In this document: piece by piece, positions 58,746 through 64,000 of the stretch
Layout of the letters: every line of letters begins with the position of its first letter
Position numbering within the stretch: the stretch's first letter is position 1
Virus record (IMG/VR): IMGVR_UViG_3300046787_000316
Span: 73,365-137,364 of that record
DNA: 64,000 nt
Reading direction: 5' to 3' (one strand)
Source: a virus
Program-made: the position numbers and the translations under genes
Notes under the pieces: generated by a model
Told to the model about the DNA's origin: nothing
The model's database searches: none
Seen by the model: only the letters and a program-made list of their open reading frames with translations

Positions 58746-59537
58746 TTAGTATTTAGTTCCGCAATTTGGGCAAAACTTGTGTGAATCCTTTTTACGTTTA
58801 GAACCACATTCTCCACAATAGGTAACGGGTAAATCCGATGAACTCCATTGTTTTACAGAGTGTGGTAGGATTTGCCATGCAACATTGTGAAATGGTGAGA
58901 AACTAAAGTTCCTATGTGAGTTTGTAAACGATTGACTTGAAGAGCCACCTTTTTCAGTTGTACCTGTTTCGATTTTAGAACTTCTAATGTTTGGTCCGGC
59001 GAAAGTATTCGATGTATTTGTTACAACCGAATTAATCCCAGATGTTAGAGTTGCCGTATTGGTTGAATACGTTACAGTAGATGTAGGGAAGCTCGCTGTT
59101 CCACTATTACTTAAAAAAGTATTAGTTACCCCATAACCACCAGAAATGCCGTAGGGCTGGTTATAATTCAAATTTGCAAAGTTCTGAACTTCGTTGTAGA
59201 AATTAATCTCCACATACCCATTATTTGAAAGGGCGCCCGATTGAACGGCTTCTTTACCAACTTCGTATGTTTTAAAAACGAACTTGTTGTTGGAATCTAA
59301 AAATCTCTCTAAGAATATTCTTTCACCTGGTCGTAGAACAATTCCACCACCTGAAATGAATTGATTATCCAATTTGATTTTTGCAAGAATGTGATTTGGG
59401 GTTGGGTTGAATAATTCGATTTGGTATTCATCACCATTGGCAAGATAGACTTGACCTTCGAATTGTTTGATTCTTTGTTTACCTTTTGTGATAAACGCTT
59501 GAGGGTTGGACTGATTAGTCCATACTGATTGTTTCAT
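58746..59537 (-). CDS. Beta-sandwich protein with C-terminal double zinc ribbon
   Basis: GDEYQIELFNPT...AKIKLD; CGECG...FCPNCG. Confidence 0.7.
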   Translation of the reverse strand: MKQSVWTNQSNPQAFITKGKQRIKQFEGQVYLANGDEYQIELFNPTPNHILAKIKLDNQFISGGGIVLRPGERIFLERFLDSNNKFVFKTYEVGKEAVQSGALSNNGYVEINFYNEVQNFANLNYNQPYGISGGYGVTNTFLSNSGTASFPTSTVTYSTNTATLTSGINSVVTNTSNTFAGPNIRSSKIETGTTEKGGSSSQSFTNSHRNFSFSPFHNVAWQILPHSVKQWSSSDLPVTYCGECGSKRKKDSHKFCPNCGTKY

Positions 59538-59568
59538 ATTTTCCTTATTTTATTTGTATTTAAAAATT

Positions 59569-59631
59569 CATTCGTTGGTTTCTCTCCAACTCAAATGTCA
59601 CATAGGACACTGAATGTTTAACCACAAGGTT
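59569..59631 (-). ncRNA. Candidate structured 5' leader RNA (three-way junction)
   Basis: Nested pairings CAUUC/GAAUG closing UGUC/GACA and GUUGG/CCAAC hairpins, plus AACC/GGUU hairpin. Confidence 0.35.
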
Positions 59632-59635
59632 TCTA

Positions 59636-60301
59636 TTATATATATACGATATCCGATAAAACGCTCGTATGTTTCGATTTTTGTATGGTATCTATGAACC
59701 AATCTGAAAATTGATGGTGGCCTCCTTCGGACCAATGTCTATCATCAACTACTCCATTGGTTTCCTTATATATGGTTTGAAATTTGAATAAATTGTAATT
59801 CGATATGAATTTCCAATCCAAATGAGCCCAAGTCCAATTGATGAGTATATTATCTCTAAAGGTATATTCCATTAACTTAACCCAATTTCGTAACTCATCC
59901 TTATACAAGGGAGAATCTCTGTTATATAGAATCTCATCCAATGTGTTATCGGATACTTCATTGTTTAGAAAATTAGCCGGATTAGAATTAATAGACTGAT
60001 AATTTGGGATAATGGATTGCCAACGTTTAGAATAGTTATCGGCTAATCTGAATCGGTGGATGTGCGACCATCCTATACTAACGATATCATCTGATTTGAT
60101 TTTATACGAATTACTACCAATACATTCCAATATATCACTATTACTCCATCCTCCCTTACCTAAGTTGACCCAATCAATACCCAATCTCTCTCCAATTATT
60201 TGTGGATGAGTTTTAGGTTGATATCCTTTATGGATTGAATACGGATTAGTTTCAGAAAATTCTTCTGTAAACGAATCTCCGAAACACCAAATTGTTCTCA
60301 T
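59636..60301 (-). CDS. SGNH/GDSL-fold protein
   Basis: FGDSFTE, NLGKGGWSN, DDRHWSEGGH. Confidence 0.7.
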   Translation of the reverse strand: MRTIWCFGDSFTEEFSETNPYSIHKGYQPKTHPQIIGERLGIDWVNLGKGGWSNSDILECIGSNSYKIKSDDIVSIGWSHIHRFRLADNYSKRWQSIIPNYQSINSNPANFLNNEVSDNTLDEILYNRDSPLYKDELRNWVKLMEYTFRDNILINWTWAHLDWKFISNYNLFKFQTIYKETNGVVDDRHWSEGGHHQFSDWFIDTIQKSKHTSVLSDIVYI

Positions 60302-60365
60302 ATTTTCGCGGGGGGTTGGGGGGAAAGGTCGAATTAAAGAAATTTTTTATATCTCTATTGATAGT

Positions 60366-60399
60366 GCCTTCTTAGTTTCGTTAGCCTTCTTAGTTTCGT
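60366..60399. repeat. 16-nt direct repeat with 18-nt period
   Basis: gccttcttagtttcgt at 60366-60381 and 60384-60399. Confidence 0.85.
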
Positions 60400-60404
60400 A
60401 TGAG

Positions 60405-60653
60405 TTATAGAGAGTTCCAAATTCCTATTACACCAACTATCATCCAAAATAGGTTTAACATAATATAAGCCTTATTGTGTCTTTCAAACGCACAATAGGT
60501 TAAGATTCCGGCATCAATGGTATTTACAATCCACATAGCGAGGAATGGGGTATTCTCATTAAGGATTGAGAGAGTTCCAAAGGAAAGGATTCGCATACCG
60601 ACTCCCAATCCTTCCAATACCGATATCCATCTATCTTTTGAATCTGTCATCAT
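60405..60653 (-). CDS. Small multi-pass membrane protein
   Basis: Three hydrophobic segments, LNLFWMIVGVIGIW. Confidence 0.7.
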   Translation of the reverse strand: MMTDSKDRWISVLEGLGVGMRILSFGTLSILNENTPFLAMWIVNTIDAGILTYCAFERHNKAYIMLNLFWMIVGVIGIWNSL

Positions 60654-60666
60654 AACTTTGTTTTAT

Positions 60667-61737
60667 TTATAGTGTTCCTGCCAATTTAGCATCTTCAAAT
60701 CTTTTCTTTGCTCTACTCTTCCAAACGAGAGTTAGACCCTTTCTTATAAAAGCAAGTGGGTTCTTTTTAGTTTCAGCATCCCATTTGGCTTTCTCTTCGT
60801 TTTCAAAATCAATTAGAGTTCGAGGTTTACGGGTGAGAGATTCCGTAGTAGGAGTAGGAGTAGTAGGTGGTGGGGTCTTAGTTGCTTCAATAGCAGCATT
60901 TATCCTTGATGTTTGTATATCCGTAGTAGAGGATTTCTTTTCTACATATTGATGTTCTACTATTGGAGATTCATCATCAGAACTTGCTATTTTATTTTCT
61001 ACTCGGATTAATCGTTTCCCTGATGTATTGGGAAGTTCCCCATAGAAGAACGTTCTCTTTATGGAGTTGAAATCATCCGATAGCTGGGATAAGCGGTCAT
61101 CGATGTTTAGAAGGAAGGTATCTAATTTAGCTTGGTCTATTGGTCCATCGGATTGAGCGGCCGCAATGTTTAGTGGGGTGATATCGTATTTCGGGTCGTT
61201 CACCTCTGCGTATTTATAATAAGAGAAACTATCGCCAGGTCTTTGGTAATCTCCCAACGTATAATTGATTTGGTCTACCAACCCTTGAGTGATACCGGCC
61301 GCAAGTTCATCCCCTTCGAATACATAATCCACTTCGGTTACTCCTCCGTTTTTGTTTACCAAATCACGTCGTTGACCGATTTCTAACCACTTACCTCCAT
61401 CTAACTTAATGATTGGAATACTCCTTCCTATACCTGCTACCTTTTCTTTAACCGGTATAGAACCATTTTGTAGGATATCCCAATGAGGATTTCCATTCTT
61501 TTCAATTAATCCTAATGTAGTAGGCGATATCAAATATCTACCACCTATTTCAACTACAACTCCATCTACTCCCAATAGTGGTAGTATATCGAACGAAGTC
61601 ATTCCCTTAGTTATTCCAATGGGTTTAATCTCTCCCTTACGATTTCCATTAGGTGAATCTCCAATGGCTGATACTTCCCATCCCGTATCCGTTTTGGTGT
61701 ATCTCTTTGAGTTGTTTTGTATTCCCTTATTTTCCAT
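60667..61737 (-). CDS. Hypothetical protein with Pro/Thr linker
   Basis: 356-aa ORF, TKTPPPTTPTPTT near the C-terminus. Confidence 0.65.
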   Translation of the reverse strand: MENKGIQNNSKRYTKTDTGWEVSAIGDSPNGNRKGEIKPIGITKGMTSFDILPLLGVDGVVVEIGGRYLISPTTLGLIEKNGNPHWDILQNGSIPVKEKVAGIGRSIPIIKLDGGKWLEIGQRRDLVNKNGGVTEVDYVFEGDELAAGITQGLVDQINYTLGDYQRPGDSFSYYKYAEVNDPKYDITPLNIAAAQSDGPIDQAKLDTFLLNIDDRLSQLSDDFNSIKRTFFYGELPNTSGKRLIRVENKIASSDDESPIVEHQYVEKKSSTTDIQTSRINAAIEATKTPPPTTPTPTTESLTRKPRTLIDFENEEKAKWDAETKKNPLAFIRKGLTLVWKSRAKKRFEDAKLAGTL

Positions 61738-62020
61738 CTTTAATTCCTTTCCAAGCCCTTTTATATATTGTTAATTCTCTTGCCTTACTTCCTTTACTCT
61801 TCAATCGGTATAGTTCCCTTTGTAGTGGTTGATACTCCTCTCTCTCAATCGCTGATGTTATGATTCCATTAATGGTTAGTTCCCCATCCCATTGTTTCCA
61901 TTTTGGTTCTCCCAATTCCACTCTCTCCTCCGAAAGTTTCTTAAACCCCATAATCTTAGCTATTCCGATACTAACACCGAACTCTTCCGATATCCATTGA
62001 AATGTTTCACTTCTAATCAT
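61727..62020 (-). CDS. Hypothetical protein
   Basis: 97-aa ORF overlapping the next start; start uncertain. Confidence 0.45.
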   Translation of the reverse strand: MIRSETFQWISEEFGVSIGIAKIMGFKKLSEERVELGEPKWKQWDGELTINGIITSAIEREEYQPLQRELYRLKSKGSKARELTIYKRAWKGIKDGK

Positions 62021-62256
62021 ACAAATATATATTCTCCTTTTTGATTTCCCACCCGATATACCCTAGCTCGTTTAAAAAGAGCTCACCCTCCCCTAAACGG
62101 ACACTTGATGTGTCAACATCTATATCAAAATACCTCTTTCCCCAGCGAAAAAACCGGGCTCGGTATTTAAGCGGACCCGACCCGGCTTGGCACACGCCCT
62201 GCTCCTTGGGTTACATGATATTCAGATGCCCCTCCCACCTCTGGCTTTAGAGCACA

Positions 62257-62288
62257 GAAAAGCCGGCGAACCATTAGGTCCACCGGCT
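62257..62288 (-). terminator. Probable rho-independent terminator
   Basis: Minus AGCCGG...CCGGCT stem with inner GACC/GGTT pairing, followed by TTTC, after the small early ORFs. Confidence 0.55.
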
Positions 62289-62318
62289 CACTCTGCCTTA
62301 AAACTATAAAATGAAAAA

Positions 62319-62477
62319 CTAACTATTCAGCCATTGGGTGTATCTCTCTCTATACGCCTCTATACTATCTCCTTCTACTCTACTACTAATCCTATTGGCC
62401 TTTGCCCATCTTCTATACTCCTTACTCTGTCTGATTCTCTCTCTTGTCTCCTCTATACTATATACTATATAATTCAT
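62319..62477 (-). CDS. 52-aa Arg/Glu-rich protein, not in the ORF track
   Basis: MNYIVYSIEETRERIRQSKEYRRWAKANRISSRVEGDSIEAYRERYTQWLNS. Confidence 0.55.
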   Translation of the reverse strand: MNYIVYSIEETRERIRQSKEYRRWAKANRISSRVEGDSIEAYRERYTQWLNS

Positions 62478-62495
62478 TGCTGTTTTTGTTTTAGC

Positions 62496-62675
62496 TTATT
62501 CCGCAGAGGTATAGGGAATATCCCCTTTCTCTGAATCTTTAATTAATTTCAATGCCGAACGTATCTCATTCAGGCGGGCACTTGCACTCCACTTAGGGCT
62601 GCCATCTCTCATAGCACGTATCCTCTTCATTAGGACCGCCTCCGCTTTCTCTAGGACTTCAATTGCTTCATTCAT
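62496..62675 (-). CDS. 59-aa helical protein, not in the ORF track
   Basis: MNEAIEVLEKAEAVLMKRIRAMRDGSPKWSASARLNEIRSALKLIKDSEKGDIPYTSAE. Confidence 0.6.
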   Translation of the reverse strand: MNEAIEVLEKAEAVLMKRIRAMRDGSPKWSASARLNEIRSALKLIKDSEKGDIPYTSAE

Positions 62676-62680
62676 ATATC

Positions 62681-63085
62681 TTATCTATTTAGTTTTGGTT
62701 TAATCTCCATCCACATAGGCTTATAGTGTATAGCCTCTGCGTTGGTAGCATCTATCTCTAAGGGATGGTTCTCATACCCATACTCCTTTGCTAACTTGTC
62801 GTAATTGTTCATAGGTTGTAATTGGTGTTGCCACTCATGGATGATTGTCTGAATTAACATCTTCACATTATCCACATTGTTCCAATACACAATCAGTTCA
62901 TTATCCCAATACCTATACTCACCCATACACGTATCAGTAGGTAATGCCTTATAGAACGTTACATTGGGTGCATACTTCTTACGTTTGTTTACTCCCATAT
63001 TGTTCATACACCAAGTGATTGCCATTCTCCCTATCCTTACGGCTTCCTTCCTATCTTCAACCTTTGAGCTTAACTTCCAAGTCAT
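62681..63085 (-). CDS. Zincin-like HEXXH metallopeptidase
   Basis: MGEY, TIIHEWQHQLQ, Y..HPLEIDA. Confidence 0.7.
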   Translation of the reverse strand: MTWKLSSKVEDRKEAVRIGRMAITWCMNNMGVNKRKKYAPNVTFYKALPTDTCMGEYRYWDNELIVYWNNVDNVKMLIQTIIHEWQHQLQPMNNYDKLAKEYGYENHPLEIDATNAEAIHYKPMWMEIKPKLNR

Positions 63086-63105
63086 ATTATAAGTTTAATC
63101 TATTA

Positions 63106-63141
63106 AAATAAAAAAGGTGATAGATAAAATCTACCACCTTT
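63106..63141 (-). terminator. Rho-independent terminator
   Basis: Minus AAAGGTGGTAGAT-TTT-ATCTATCACCTTT followed by TTTATTTT, downstream of the tRNA. Confidence 0.75.
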
Positions 63142-63208
63142 AAGGTTGGTCCAAATTGTAATAAATGTAAAGTAAATAAGAGAATAACCATTTGATGAAC
63201 CAACATCG

Positions 63209-63280
63209 AGCGGCGGTGTGGATTCGAACCACCTCCTCCTATCTGGAATGATAGGCGTGCAACCATTACACTTCCACCGC
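63209..63280 (-). tRNA. tRNA-Gly(UCC)-like gene, atypical (8-nt anticodon loop, A8, G49-A65 mismatch)
   Basis: GCGGTGG/CCGCCGC acceptor, GTGT/GCAC D stem, CCTAT-CATTCCAG-ATAGG, GTGG-TTCGAAT-CCAC T arm, U73; no encoded CCA. Confidence 0.8.
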
Positions 63281-63306
63281 AGGTTAGGGGTGTTACCCCT
63301 ATTCTA

Positions 63307-63480
63307 CTACTTTGTAGATGTAGTGTCTGCTGGAATCTGAGCCGTAGTTGAATCAACTGCTACTGCTGTTGTATCTACTGCTGTTGAATCCGTAGCTACG
63401 CCTTCAGCGTTAGCTTTACTACCTTGTCCACAACTTGCCATTGTTAGGGCGATGGCTGCCACTACTAATAAACTCTTCAT
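63307..63480 (-). CDS. Small lipoprotein (signal peptide II), not in the ORF track
   Basis: MKSLLVVAAIALTMAS-C17, then a T/S/A/D-rich tail with DST, DTT, DST, DTT. Confidence 0.85.
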   Translation of the reverse strand: MKSLLVVAAIALTMASCGQGSKANAEGVATDSTAVDTTAVAVDSTTAQIPADTTSTK

Positions 63481-63512
63481 AATGATTGGTTTTATTGTTA
63501 TTGTTTGTTATA

Positions 63513-63544
63513 CAAATATACGAAATATAATCCACATTTCCAAG
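63513..63544 (-). promoter_or_regulatory. Bacteroidota-type promoter (CTTG-N20-TATATTTG)
   Basis: Plus caaatata 63513-63520 and caag 63541-63544. Confidence 0.8.
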
Positions 63545-63555
63545 GAATAAGTGAA

Positions 63556-63864
63556 TTAAATTCCAACTAATTCTGCTGCCTCTGCTAACTCCGTTGATGC
63601 CATTATATCATTGTGAGCTGCTACCACTCCACTAACGTGTTGATAACCACTCAAGTCCAATGCCTTTGTTGTCACCTTTTGGACCTCACACTCATTGATA
63701 TACCTCAACGCCTTCTCCTTAGATACAAAGGTCTTAGGTGTCGGGAACTTCTTTGATGATACTATATACACATCAGTAGGCGCTTGGACCTTATCGATGG
63801 TTAATACTCTACTAACCACCTCAACTTTGTAACCCCTAGGGTATTCTGATTTTGCTCTTGCCAT
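63556..63864 (-). CDS. Hypothetical early protein
   Basis: 102-aa ORF under its own promoter. Confidence 0.65.
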   Translation of the reverse strand: MARAKSEYPRGYKVEVVSRVLTIDKVQAPTDVYIVSSKKFPTPKTFVSKEKALRYINECEVQKVTTKALDLSGYQHVSGVVAAHNDIMASTELAEAAELVGI

Positions 63865-63887
63865 TTCTCTTATTTTTTATTACATAG

Positions 63888-63919
63888 TAAATATACGAAT
63901 AATAATCGGTATTGCCAAA
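63888..63919 (-). promoter_or_regulatory. Bacteroidota-type promoter variant (TTTG-N20-TATATTTA)
   Basis: Plus taaatata 63888-63895 and caaa 63916-63919. Confidence 0.75.
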
Positions 63920-64000
63920 TATTTTAACACTTATTTAGTAAAATAATGACAATGCTGCTCTCATCCCTTCGGGTGTCGATTGGTGGACCGATGATGGGAT

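Noticed and set aside
59569-59631. Hammerhead ribozyme or purine riboswitch
   Set aside because: CUGANGA/GAAA core and purine-switch junction nucleotides are absent on both strands
62022-62053. Host-type promoter before the 97-aa ORF
   Set aside because: The -7 element TATATTTG is present, but the -33 position reads GGTG and the ATG lies only 1 nt away
62013-62534. Track ORFs 62013-62195 (-), 62041-62250 (+) and 62334-62534 (+)
   Set aside because: The first two run through the hairpin island without a convincing start context; the third is antisense to two better minus-strand ORFs
63087-63356. 89-aa ORF in the track
   Set aside because: It spans the lipoprotein 3' end, the tRNA and a terminator, which explain the sequence better
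1-64000. Stop-codon reassignment (code 15 or 4), as seen in some large phages
   Set aside because: Long intact ORFs under code 11, with TAA, TAG (e.g. 10101) and TGA (e.g. 1780) all used as stops at coupled gene ends
1-64000. Giant eukaryotic virus, or a bacterial contractile injection system locus
   Set aside because: GT7 and the Mre11-Rad50 fusion suggested the first and baseplate genes the second, but bacterial promoters, overlapping operons, gp55-like sigma, primase, endonuclease I and an S74 tail fibre together indicate a tailed phage
1-64000. CRISPR array, diversity-generating retroelement, transposase or integrase
   Set aside because: No repeat-spacer array, reverse transcriptase or recombinase motifs seen
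63961-64000. cUUCGg hairpin at the window edge
   Set aside because: Truncated by the window; cannot tell a terminator from an RNA gene

Overview
This window is part of a large, AT-rich (roughly 30% GC by eye) tailed-phage genome, probably a myovirus-type jumbo phage, coded almost entirely on the minus strand. The host is very likely Bacteroidota: about ten TTTG-N20-TAnnTTT(G/A) promoters, A-rich leaders without Shine-Dalgarno sequences, and a lipoprotein dense in D-(S/T)-T sequons. Layout: (1) 69-16541, a ~16.5 kb soluble glycan synthesis/modification island (RmlC, two SDR epimerases, two GT7-LamG fusions, GT2/GT4/GT10-like transferases, methyltransferase, radical SAM, ThDP E1-alpha, SGNH paralogs, 2OG oxygenase) directly downstream of (2) a tail fibre with an S74 chaperone; (3) a lone + strand RHH regulator with phased repeats; (4) an SbcD-SbcC fusion, primase and endonuclease I; (5) 25-42 kb baseplate/tail genes preceded by a recurring ATATTTAT late-promoter motif; (6) carbamoyltransferase, gp55-like late sigma, peptide deformylase, UvsE and an HD hydrolase; (7) 50093-56661, a tightly coupled operon with three sulfotransferases, a circularly permuted ATP-grasp fused to a C-terminal-cleavage-only Hint domain, an unannotated 35-aa peptide, an HxGH nucleotidyltransferase and GT-A-like proteins, which is the best candidate for an undescribed system; (8) a + strand cassette of small ORFs; (9) an early-type region with small genes, a lipoprotein and an atypical tRNA-Gly with an 8-nt anticodon loop. 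GATC appears strongly avoided. All family calls come from motif recognition by eye; no database searches were run.
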